From sequence record NC_102531.1: a DNA stretch of 64,000 nucleotides, one strand, 5' to 3'. Position 1 is the stretch's first letter; every line of letters begins with the position of its first letter. The DNA is from a phage. The notes below the pieces were generated by a model. The model saw only the letters and a list, made by a program, of their open reading frames with translations, made no database searches and had not been told where the DNA came from. This document shows positions 56,437 to 64,000 of the stretch, piece after piece. The position numbers and the translations under genes were made by a program.

Positions 56437-56550
56437 ATGGCTAAAAAAGCCTTGAATAAGGCGTACAAGAAAGAGATTGCGCTTGAGCTTAAGAAAAAAC
56501 ACAAGCGTGAAAAGAAACATCATGAAGATGAAGAGGGGGTGCAACAGTGA
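56437..56550 (+). CDS. small basic protein (37 aa)
   Basis: MAKKALNKAYKKEIALELKKKHKREKKHHEDEEGVQQ; RBS AGGAGG; downstream of a consensus promoter; not in ORF track. Confidence 0.3.
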   Translation: MAKKALNKAYKKEIALELKKKHKREKKHHEDEEGVQQ

Positions 56551-56897
56551 CACAAGAACGTATCGATTTGGCTAATAAGTTTGTAGATCTCATTTTGCCA
56601 CGGTTAGTTACTCAACATGCAGATGCTATTTCTACTAATCTTGATGGCTTACGCCTAATGCTGAATCGCACAGATGACCCTCGTATTCGGGCTGATTTAG
56701 AAGCCTCTGCCAACAAACTGGAAAAGTTCTTGCAAGTAGACACGCAAGAAGCCTTGCACAAGATTATGGTGGAAGGTTTCTCTAAAGAATTTACCATTAA
56801 AGAGCTTAAGGAGCTGATCCACCAAGAAGAGATGAATATCCGAGTTCAGGCTGTTGCAAGCAGCATGGAAGCGGCTATTGAAAAACTGTTGCAGTAA
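56547..56897 (+). CDS. hypothetical protein
   Basis: 116 aa ORF. Confidence 0.3.
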   Translation: MTQERIDLANKFVDLILPRLVTQHADAISTNLDGLRLMLNRTDDPRIRADLEASANKLEKFLQVDTQEALHKIMVEGFSKEFTIKELKELIHQEEMNIRVQAVASSMEAAIEKLLQ

Positions 56898-56935
56898 AAG
56901 TACTTGGCACATCTAAATCTGAAAGGAGTCCCAAC

Positions 56936-57724
56936 ATGGGTCGAGCTAAAGAAACAAAACGCATGCGTGATGAAGCTAGAGAGGCTCGAAAATCTGATCG
57001 CCTGCGTAAGGCTGCTGAGAAATTTGCTGACGAAAGAGAGCACACCGCTCCAGCTCTCCGACCAATGAATAAGAAGCAGCAAAAGTATCTTGATTATCTA
57101 GGGTCACGTAAGATTATTATTGTAAACGGTGTGTTTGGATCCGGTAAGACATTCATGGCATCTGCATATGCAGGTGATCTTCTGCGTAAGAACGAGATTG
57201 ATAAGATCATTGTTGCACGTCCTTACGTCCAGACAGGAAAGACTTCAGGATTTAAACCCGGAAATGCAATGCAGAAACTGTGGCCCTATCTTCGAAGCAT
57301 GATGGACACGATTTGTCGTCGTGTTGGCAAAGGTGCTTTTGCCGCAATGCTGGGAGACGGTCAGAACAGTCGTATCGAGATTTGTGAGGTTGAAAGCATT
57401 CGTGGTCGTAGTTTCGATGAGCGATGCTTTGTCCTGATTGACGAGGCACAGCAAACTAACCCTGAAGAAATGTTGTCAATTATCACAAGGATCTCTGATC
57501 AAGCCACCCTTGTAATTATGGGTGATAATAGCCAACGTGACATCCCTGGTAAATCTGGCCTTGCGTGGGTGACGGATTTCTTTACTCGTCATCCAGATCC
57601 TGAGGTTGGAATGATCAGCTTTGATAGTCCAGACGATGTCGTTCGTTCCGGGTTGGGCCGTCAGATCGCACTCAATCTTATTGAGGATCGTGCAAATCAT
57701 GTTTGGACCCCTGTTTCCGAGTAA
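56936..57724 (+). CDS. phoH: PhoH-like ATPase
   Basis: Walker A IVNGVFGSGKTF and Walker B VLIDEAQ in PhoH-like arrangement. Confidence 0.75.
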   Translation: MGRAKETKRMRDEAREARKSDRLRKAAEKFADEREHTAPALRPMNKKQQKYLDYLGSRKIIIVNGVFGSGKTFMASAYAGDLLRKNEIDKIIVARPYVQTGKTSGFKPGNAMQKLWPYLRSMMDTICRRVGKGAFAAMLGDGQNSRIEICEVESIRGRSFDERCFVLIDEAQQTNPEEMLSIITRISDQATLVIMGDNSQRDIPGKSGLAWVTDFFTRHPDPEVGMISFDSPDDVVRSGLGRQIALNLIEDRANHVWTPVSE

Positions 57725-57768
57725 TACAGAAGGGTGGTTATTCCACCCTTAAATATCTAAAACAGTTG

Positions 57769-57797
57769 TTGACAAATAGGTAAGCTTTAGATATTAT
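57769..57797 (+). promoter_or_regulatory. sigma70-like promoter
   Basis: TTGACA - 17 nt - TATTAT, preceded by hairpin AAGGGTGG-TTAT-TCCACCCTT. Confidence 0.55.
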
Positions 57798-57825
57798 TAT
57801 CGGACAAAACAGAGAGAAGGACAGT

Positions 57826-58137
57826 ATGGCTACAATACAAGAGAAACTGAATAAAATATACTGCCTGTTTGTCTATAACGGCGAGACAATTTTGGCAAAT
57901 AAAGGATCCAAGAATGTGTGGACCAAGGACAGCGGTGGTAATATAATTAACTTAGCGTTGCTACGTGAGCGCCGACACAGATTCTTTATCGAGTCTCGAA
58001 TTATTGAAAGCAGCACTTGCTACAGAACAGGCGATAAAGTAATTGTTGACAATGATACGTGGTATGTGGTAGACTGGCAATCATTGAGTTGTGATGCTTC
58101 TGACAATCGTAAGTATTCCATAGTGATTGCTAAATAA
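57826..58137 (+). CDS. hypothetical protein
   Basis: 103 aa ORF. Confidence 0.3.
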   Translation: MATIQEKLNKIYCLFVYNGETILANKGSKNVWTKDSGGNIINLALLRERRHRFFIESRIIESSTCYRTGDKVIVDNDTWYVVDWQSLSCDASDNRKYSIVIAK

Positions 58138-58197
58138 AGGTAAATGTGAATCAGGTTTAAATAAATAGCTTTCAACTTCCAATATTAAGGATTTCTC

Positions 58198-59247
58198 ATG
58201 AATTTAACACCTCGCAGCACCATGGTACACGGCATGAAAGAGAAACAGAACGGTTTCGAACCTATGAGTAATAAAATGTTTGGTATGCCGGGCGGTATCA
58301 TGGAAACATACAGCTACCCAACACCTGTTGTTGACCACGTTCTTTATATCGACGATTTGGAAGACCTGCAGGATCATATGTCTCGCCTGCAGACGATCCG
58401 TATGGCTCAGCCTGAAGAAAGCATTCGAGTGATCATTAACAGCCCTGGTGGTTGCGTGCACATTGCGATGGCTTATCTGCAGGCATTCCGCGAGTCTCAG
58501 GCAAGCGTTGTTGCACATGCGGAAGGGATGTGCTGCTCTGCTGGAACAATCTTATGGCTGGGTTGCAAAGAACGTACTGTGGCTCCGGACACAGAATTTA
58601 TGTTCCACTACTATCAAGGTGGCACTTATGGTAACGGTGTGAACATGAATACTCAGGTCAGCTACTGGAAAAAGCGTTTCGAACGCCTGATCGAAAAATA
58701 CTACGGTTGGGTGCTGACAGAAGATGAGATCGCATCCATCACAGCTGGTGGTGAAGTGTGGTTGGACGGAGAGGAGCTGGCAGCTCGAACTGGAGCTATC
58801 ATTCTGGATGAAGGTAACATACAACGCATCCAGAACGGACAAAAACCGAAAAAGCTTCTGGCAAAAGGTGATGAAGAAGGTGTGCTAGGTGAAGCAGGTC
58901 TCCCGGAGATTCACCAGTGTACCTCTTTAGATGAGTTAGTTCATGCTGTTGAATCTGCAAAAGCTGGTGGTTCGAAAGGTGATGTTCACACTGTGTTCCT
59001 GAACCTGCAGATGGAAAGTGGTGAGACCGTTAAGATTGCCTTAGGTGAGATTACCTCAGAAGATCTGCAGCGATTCTCTGTCGTTGAACTTCAAGACATT
59101 TTGTCCCAATTGAAGACAACCCTAAACGGCGGTGAAGAGGTTAAGGTAAAAGATAAGACTCGCAAGCGTCTGGTGGACAATATTATTAAAACAGCAAAAG
59201 AGCTCAATGAAAAAATCCTGGGTGCAGGAATTGTCGAAGAAGCTTAA
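58198..59247 (+). CDS. ClpP-like serine protease (S14 family) with C-terminal extension
   Basis: VIINSPGG, GMCCSAG (catalytic Ser region), EFMFH (His) in ClpP order; about 140 aa acidic C-terminal extension. Confidence 0.6.
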   Translation: MNLTPRSTMVHGMKEKQNGFEPMSNKMFGMPGGIMETYSYPTPVVDHVLYIDDLEDLQDHMSRLQTIRMAQPEESIRVIINSPGGCVHIAMAYLQAFRESQASVVAHAEGMCCSAGTILWLGCKERTVAPDTEFMFHYYQGGTYGNGVNMNTQVSYWKKRFERLIEKYYGWVLTEDEIASITAGGEVWLDGEELAARTGAIILDEGNIQRIQNGQKPKKLLAKGDEEGVLGEAGLPEIHQCTSLDELVHAVESAKAGGSKGDVHTVFLNLQMESGETVKIALGEITSEDLQRFSVVELQDILSQLKTTLNGGEEVKVKDKTRKRLVDNIIKTAKELNEKILGAGIVEEA

Positions 59248-59257
59248 ACATTAATTC

Positions 59258-59283
59258 TAAAGCCCTCTTCGGAGGGCTTTTAT
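59258..59283 (+). terminator. rho-independent terminator (plus strand)
   Basis: Hairpin AGCCCTC-TTCG-GAGGGCT followed by TTTTAT. Confidence 0.6.
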
Positions 59284-59298
59284 GATCTGGAGATTTGC

Positions 59299-59832
59299 AT
59301 GACTTGTGCTCGAAAACCTGATGAACAACGTAACGCCTACGATGAGTATGTGACACCGGAGTGGTGTGCAGAAGGGCTGTATGACCTTATTCCGTTCCCA
59401 GAAGACTGGACCTACTTAGAGCCTTGCAGGAATAGTGCCTCAGGTGTGTTCTACTCCCGTATGCCGTTAGGATCTGCATGGGGAGAAATACAAGAAGGTG
59501 TTGACTATCTGAATACAGAATACAACCATGTTGACTGTATTATCACCAACCCACCATACAGCCTGGCTCGTGAGTTTGTAGACAAGGCGTTGAAAGATGC
59601 TGACGTAGTTATTATGCTTTTGCGTCTTAATTTTCTGGAAAGCAAAGCCAGATTTGAATGGTGGCTTGATAATGCACCTACTACTGTGATCACAATATCT
59701 AAGCGTCCATCATTTCAATCAAACGGCAGAACTGACGGGCAAGCATATGCATATTTTGTGTGGGATAAGAAAAACCGTTTAGACTTGCCGCCGTTTATGT
59801 GGTTGGCACCCCCAGAGGTAGACCTGAAATGA
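59299..59832 (+). CDS. DNA N6-adenine methyltransferase (small phage Dam-like)
   Basis: 177 aa with catalytic TNPPYS motif; start uncertain. Confidence 0.5.
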   Translation: MTCARKPDEQRNAYDEYVTPEWCAEGLYDLIPFPEDWTYLEPCRNSASGVFYSRMPLGSAWGEIQEGVDYLNTEYNHVDCIITNPPYSLAREFVDKALKDADVVIMLLRLNFLESKARFEWWLDNAPTTVITISKRPSFQSNGRTDGQAYAYFVWDKKNRLDLPPFMWLAPPEVDLK

Positions 59833-60113
59833 AAATGAGTGCTAAGGACAAATTACACCAGTTAGCGCTAAAACGTCCTGTAACGCTTCCTGACGAGCTT
59901 AACTCCATTTATGATGCGATTGTAGGAGAGATACAAAATAAAGCGTTAGCAGGCTTTCTGGGGTGCGGATTTTCGATAAATCTACCCTCGCATCTCTCAG
60001 ATTACTTCCCGCACATTGTTGGAGATTTAAGGGCAGGAGGTCTGCAGGTAGATGTTGTTGGCATCTCCCCAGAGAAAAATAATACGGTTGCCTACTTGAC
60101 AGTAACCTGGTAG
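59828..60113 (+). CDS. hypothetical protein
   Basis: Start at ATG (MKMSAKD) overlapping methyltransferase stop. Confidence 0.3.
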
Positions 60114-60149
60114 TTGTGTATTGTTGTTTTCAACAAGAGGGGGTCATTT

Positions 60150-60389
60150 ATGTACAAGTCATTTTCAATCTACTCAAGACAGGCGAAACACTACACAGAG
60201 ATCCTGATCACTCAGAAAAAATCTGTGGAAGGTGAGTGGGAATATCACCATAAAATGTTGCGTCCAGACTGGGTTTTTGATAGACTTATTGCTATGATCC
60301 CTCTCGGAGAAGTATACCCTCTGACAGCCCATCGCGATGTTTGGGATTTAATTGATTACATAGATTCATTTAAGGAGCCTAGATTATGA
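60150..60389 (+). CDS. hypothetical protein
   Basis: Start MYKSFSIY preceded by AGAGGGGG. Confidence 0.3.
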   Translation: MYKSFSIYSRQAKHYTEILITQKKSVEGEWEYHHKMLRPDWVFDRLIAMIPLGEVYPLTAHRDVWDLIDYIDSFKEPRL

Positions 60390-60787
60390 AGATTGAGATT
60401 ACTAAAGAAGGTAAGAAAGTGTCCGGCAACTATGCAACAGTAATTCGGGATTTAATGTTTGAAGCCACTAAGATCGGTACATCTAAAGTTGGTCAAACTG
60501 TTAGTGTGCAAAGTAATATCGCCACAGGAGAGAAGGTATTCATTGTGGTCAAAGGGCAGGATCCTGTGGAAGGAACAGTGGGCCGAGGAGGTTACCTGTG
60601 CATTTCTGAAGAGCCTCGTATGTTAGTGGCTGACTCCGCTACTATAGGTGGGAAACGTGTGGGCGAGGCGGATGAGGTAATGATTATCCAGCCTGTTGAC
60701 CCAGATGATCCAGCAACTTGGGTGGTAGGAAATGAAATCTTCTCTTTAGAAGAGTTATCCTTCCCAGCCCCGCGCTCTGTTCAGTAA
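60386..60787 (+). CDS. hypothetical protein
   Basis: 133 aa ORF with RBS AAGGAG. Confidence 0.35.
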   Translation: MKIEITKEGKKVSGNYATVIRDLMFEATKIGTSKVGQTVSVQSNIATGEKVFIVVKGQDPVEGTVGRGGYLCISEEPRMLVADSATIGGKRVGEADEVMIIQPVDPDDPATWVVGNEIFSLEELSFPAPRSVQ

Positions 60788-60826
60788 TAATTTATCTTAC
60801 CAGGGACGGTAGAAGCAGGAGGTAGC

Positions 60827-61060
60827 ATGAAAGTTAAATTTCTTACAGATTTAGGGTACCCTTCCTTGGTTGACTGTGTTGGTAAAATTGTGGAAGCAAA
60901 ACGGCTATCTGCAAACGAGAATGTTGTCCTGGTTAAAGGGAAGGATTTACTAGCTGCAGGTGCAGAGTCTGGCAGGATCTCTCCTGATTATATGTATTAC
61001 CTATCTTTAAGTAATCTGCCAGAGCGAGGCGGTAAAGGCCTTGAAGTTGTGGAGGAGTGA
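60827..61060 (+). CDS. hypothetical protein
   Basis: 77 aa ORF with RBS AGGAGG. Confidence 0.35.
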   Translation: MKVKFLTDLGYPSLVDCVGKIVEAKRLSANENVVLVKGKDLLAAGAESGRISPDYMYYLSLSNLPERGGKGLEVVEE

Positions 61061-61590
61061 CAGGTATGCTTCTGATTAACTGGGAAGACCTCTATGGGGA
61101 CAAAGACCCTGTTGCGTTTGTTGATCGTAGGTGGAGATACACTGAAGAACAACTGGCGGCAAAAAATTTAACTGCAAAACGCAGAAAGATCATCCAGTGC
61201 AAGTACAAATACGCACAGTTTGCTGCAAAAGTGTCTCCACAAATCGAGAGCTTTGTGCTTAAATTGTATGACGAGTACCTCAAATTCAAATTGGATTTTG
61301 TACAGATATACCGTGCACAGATACGCCCAGATACCAGCATTTGTAGATGGAAGGTTGTTTGTGACGGTAAAGATTTGCCACTCAGCTTGACAATTGAGCA
61401 GCGTTGGGGGTATCATGAGTGCGGTCTGTATGAGACTTGGGATGTCATTGCAGATCCTGCTAAGTACCTGAACACAGAGGAGCTGGAATATATCAATAAG
61501 GTTATTCTAGACATGTTTTTCAGCTACACTCGTGAAAACTCTGAGAAAGAACGGGATAATTTTCTTAACACCATCAGCAACCATCCGTAG
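61057..61590 (+). CDS. hypothetical protein
   Basis: 177 aa ORF. Confidence 0.35.
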   Translation: MTGMLLINWEDLYGDKDPVAFVDRRWRYTEEQLAAKNLTAKRRKIIQCKYKYAQFAAKVSPQIESFVLKLYDEYLKFKLDFVQIYRAQIRPDTSICRWKVVCDGKDLPLSLTIEQRWGYHECGLYETWDVIADPAKYLNTEELEYINKVILDMFFSYTRENSEKERDNFLNTISNHP

Positions 61591-61620
61591 TATACAATTT
61601 AACCTACAAAGGGAGGACCA

Positions 61621-61857
61621 ATGAGTATAAATGTTGTGCTAATAGGTTACCTGGTAATGTCCGTTATAACAGCGGTATTCTTGACAGGTGTATGCATCGT
61701 GTCCAGACGAAGGGTGAAGTTTGATGATTTTATCACCATCATCACTGCTGCACCTTTTTGGCCTGTTGTTATCTTCATCGTGATAATGTGCCTGGTTGAT
61801 TACTACAAGAATATCCGTAAGGAGAAAAAGGAGGGTAGGGATGGAGACCGCACCTAA
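61621..61857 (+). CDS. small membrane protein with two predicted transmembrane helices (holin-like candidate)
   Basis: 78 aa; two hydrophobic segments and charged C-terminus (KNIRKEKKEGRDGDRT); RBS AAGGGAGGA. Confidence 0.35.
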   Translation: MSINVVLIGYLVMSVITAVFLTGVCIVSRRRVKFDDFITIITAAPFWPVVIFIVIMCLVDYYKNIRKEKKEGRDGDRT

Positions 61858-62076
61858 AACTGTTTATACTGTTCTTAAAGAGATTGCGTTCTACGCAGAT
61901 CTTAGCCAGGCACCTTTATGGGAAAAGAGCATGTATTTAAAATGGTGCGTTAATTTAGGGAGGCCTTCCAGTGTTTCAAGCCATGTTTATTGAGATGCTA
62001 TCTGGGGTATTGTTACTGGTAGCCATCTTAGGTGGTGCAGTTCTGATGTATAACTATCTTGAAAAAGGAGACAGCA

Positions 62077-62262
62077 ATGGTAAAAAATAAATCTTTAGAG
62101 CAGGCTGAAAACCTTCTCCACGAGCTGGTAAAGGAGTGGAAAGTTGAATACTCAGATTTTAATGCACGAGAGGGTGAAGATTATTGGCCTACGGAGCGCT
62201 CAGAGGGAGAATGGTATCAAGATTTTATAGAGTGGTTATATCAGACGTGCGATGAGGGGTGA
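62077..62262 (+). CDS. hypothetical protein
   Basis: Start MVKNKSLEQ preceded by AAGGAGA. Confidence 0.3.
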   Translation: MVKNKSLEQAENLLHELVKEWKVEYSDFNAREGEDYWPTERSEGEWYQDFIEWLYQTCDEG

Positions 62263-62729
62263 CGATGTTTGTTAAATATGTAAAAACGTGCCTCAACAGT
62301 CTTGGCAGAGAGCATTGGTACACCTTGCTTGAAAAAGGGGAAATTTTAACAAAATCTGGAAAGATAACTTTGATACCTCTTGATAGTAAAGGTAAAGACC
62401 CGTCACGACTTGTTATAGATGATTACGTTACAGGTGTGACGTTCGAGGTCTCTGTGGAGAGGTTAATACGCAGAGCTGGCGGCCCTTATGACCGAAGAGA
62501 GTATGTTTTCGATTCCGTTACAGAGATGGGGGAGCATCCGTCTTTAATGTTCAGGATGGTAATCAGGGATATGAGGTCATCTATAGATAGGATCGTAAAG
62601 GACATTAAGGAACCTTTTAGAGTAAAAGTTAAGAAGTTTTTCGATTCTAAGATTAACATACTCGCCGTTGCACTAGGTGTAGTTCAACTTCTGTTAATTT
62701 TGCACTATTTTGAACTACCATTTAAGTAG
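62259..62729 (+). CDS. hypothetical protein with C-terminal hydrophobic helix
   Basis: 156 aa ORF; C-terminal ILAVALGVVQLLLILHYF. Confidence 0.3.
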   Translation: MTMFVKYVKTCLNSLGREHWYTLLEKGEILTKSGKITLIPLDSKGKDPSRLVIDDYVTGVTFEVSVERLIRRAGGPYDRREYVFDSVTEMGEHPSLMFRMVIRDMRSSIDRIVKDIKEPFRVKVKKFFDSKINILAVALGVVQLLLILHYFELPFK

Positions 62730-62791
62730 TAGTTGAGATATGGCACAAAGGATGTGCCATAGTGAAATAAACTAAGAAAGAGGTAGAGAGA

Positions 62792-63139
62792 ATGCCAAAG
62801 ATTAAAACGTTATTACTGTGGGTAGCTGTTTTAGCTTTTATAGGGTACTGGACTTGGGAAACTGAATTAAAAGATATCGGATATACCAGTCTTGAGAGCA
62901 AGGCGTGCATTGGCATAACCGATGCGTTCAGGCAAAATGCTATGGATCACGAATGTGTTGATGCAGATATAGATGAGAAACTGTCTAAGGACAAAGATTT
63001 TTACCATGGGCATGCTTTACTTGATAGTGGTGACACTGTAGAGTTCTGGTCGTGGTTTCGTGAAGATGGAACAATAAAAACAGCAGTAAAGATCTCTAAC
63101 AAAGAGTTAATGCTGTTGCAGCAAAAGGAGGCTCAATGA
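62792..63139 (+). CDS. hypothetical membrane-anchored/secreted protein
   Basis: 115 aa; N-terminal hydrophobic segment TLLLWVAVLAFIGYW; RBS AAGAGG. Confidence 0.35.
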   Translation: MPKIKTLLLWVAVLAFIGYWTWETELKDIGYTSLESKACIGITDAFRQNAMDHECVDADIDEKLSKDKDFYHGHALLDSGDTVEFWSWFREDGTIKTAVKISNKELMLLQQKEAQ

Positions 63140-63423
63140 TCTGGATATCCTATGCTGATGGCACCATGCTGTATACTGCAGGTACCAGATATGAAGTTCA
63201 GGAGAACGATAAAAAATTTATCGTAAAAACATTTGACAAGGACGACAACCTTTTGCTAGAATTGACTTACAAAGTTGGAGAGGTATCCAATATCCAGTTG
63301 GATTGTGGTCATAAAGATAATCCACTCAAAAAACCTGGAGTAGGTAAGGCTTCAGAAGAACGTCTGTCTCGTATTGCAGAAAGCGTTTCTCCCCAAAAAT
63401 CTAAGAAGAGGACTAGAAAATGA
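63136..63423 (+). CDS. hypothetical protein
   Basis: 95 aa ORF. Confidence 0.3.
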   Translation: MIWISYADGTMLYTAGTRYEVQENDKKFIVKTFDKDDNLLLELTYKVGEVSNIQLDCGHKDNPLKKPGVGKASEERLSRIAESVSPQKSKKRTRK

Positions 63424-63614
63424 AAAACTTACATTTTAACACTTATTACTACAACACATTGAATGATTTGTATTATATTGTTCGAAGTAAAAGTCCTGAA
63501 ACAGTCCTATTCTGCCGCGAACCTTTCAAAGGGGAGGAAGTAGAGTCTGAGATGAATGTTAGCCAGATCACCTCTTTGTTGCTCTCAGGCGCAATGGAAG
63601 AAGCAATATTCTAA
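63420..63614 (+). CDS. hypothetical protein
   Basis: 64 aa ORF. Confidence 0.3.
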   Translation: MKNLHFNTYYYNTLNDLYYIVRSKSPETVLFCREPFKGEEVESEMNVSQITSLLLSGAMEEAIF

Positions 63615-63632
63615 ACCAGGCGGGAGGGTTTT

Positions 63633-63818
63633 ATGAAGCACTATTGCCTGTCTGGTAGAATGGGTGCAGATTGTGATTGGGTTTTCTTAAAACTTGTCAG
63701 CATTCGAGAGTTCATCCCAGAGGAAGAGCAAGAAAGCGAGCTGATGTCATGGATCAACCATTACGGTAACACTTTTCGGCATGTTAAGGTAGAAGAGTTG
63801 CCAAGCGAGGCTGATTGA
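63633..63818 (+). CDS. hypothetical protein
   Basis: 61 aa ORF with RBS GGGAGGG. Confidence 0.3.
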   Translation: MKHYCLSGRMGADCDWVFLKLVSIREFIPEEEQESELMSWINHYGNTFRHVKVEELPSEAD

Positions 63819-63819
63819 C

Positions 63820-63909
63820 TATGATTGCATCAATATTAACGTTTATGGGTGGCGTGGCATTCGGATTCATTGTTTGCCTGTTTATAGTGATTATGTCTAT
63901 GCGAGGCTG
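63820..63909 (+). CDS. possible small single-pass membrane peptide (29 aa)
   Basis: MIASILTFMGGVAFGFIVCLFIVIMSMRG; tiny ORF, speculative. Confidence 0.15.
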
Positions 63910-63912
63910 AAT

Positions 63913-64000
63913 TATGAAACTTTTTGAGTGGTTTAAAAAGTTTAAATATAAAGCTGTAGCCATCGTGCCGTGGTCCATTCAGTGGGTTGATGAAGGTGGT
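63913..64000 (+). CDS. hypothetical protein, N-terminal part only (runs off window end)
   Basis: ATG (MKLFEWFKKFKYKAVAIVPWSIQWVDEG) with open frame to the window edge. Confidence 0.25.

Overview
Coding-dense segment of a large virulent tailed-phage genome (no integrase, lysogeny genes, rRNA or CRISPR array seen). From about 1 to 34443 every gene is on the minus strand: tail fibres, baseplate-like proteins, tape measure, putative sheath/tube, head completion proteins, major capsid, decoration, scaffold, portal, a large terminase interrupted by a group I intron that carries an HNH homing endonuclease, a spanin pair, a tRNA array (Pro, Met, Thr, Ser, Tyr, Arg plus one aberrant tRNA-like element), an intergenic region with iteron-like palindromic repeats, and a split Pnkp-like kinase/phosphoesterase pair. 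From 34487 to the end every gene is on the plus strand: T4 Rnl1-like RNA ligase, Sir2-family protein, DNA ligase, lambda R-type endolysin, HNH/EndoVII-like nucleases, flap endonuclease, RuvC-like resolvase, DEDDh exonuclease, two adenine methyltransferases, dNMP kinase, HAD hydrolase, ThyX, NrdA/NrdB/glutaredoxin/NrdD/NrdG, PhoH, ClpP-like protease, and many small hypothetical genes. Functional calls rest on motifs I recognise by eye in the supplied translations; no database search was run. Structural roles outside the terminase rest mainly on size, composition and gene order. Coordinates of non-ORF features were counted by hand and may be off by 1-2 nt.
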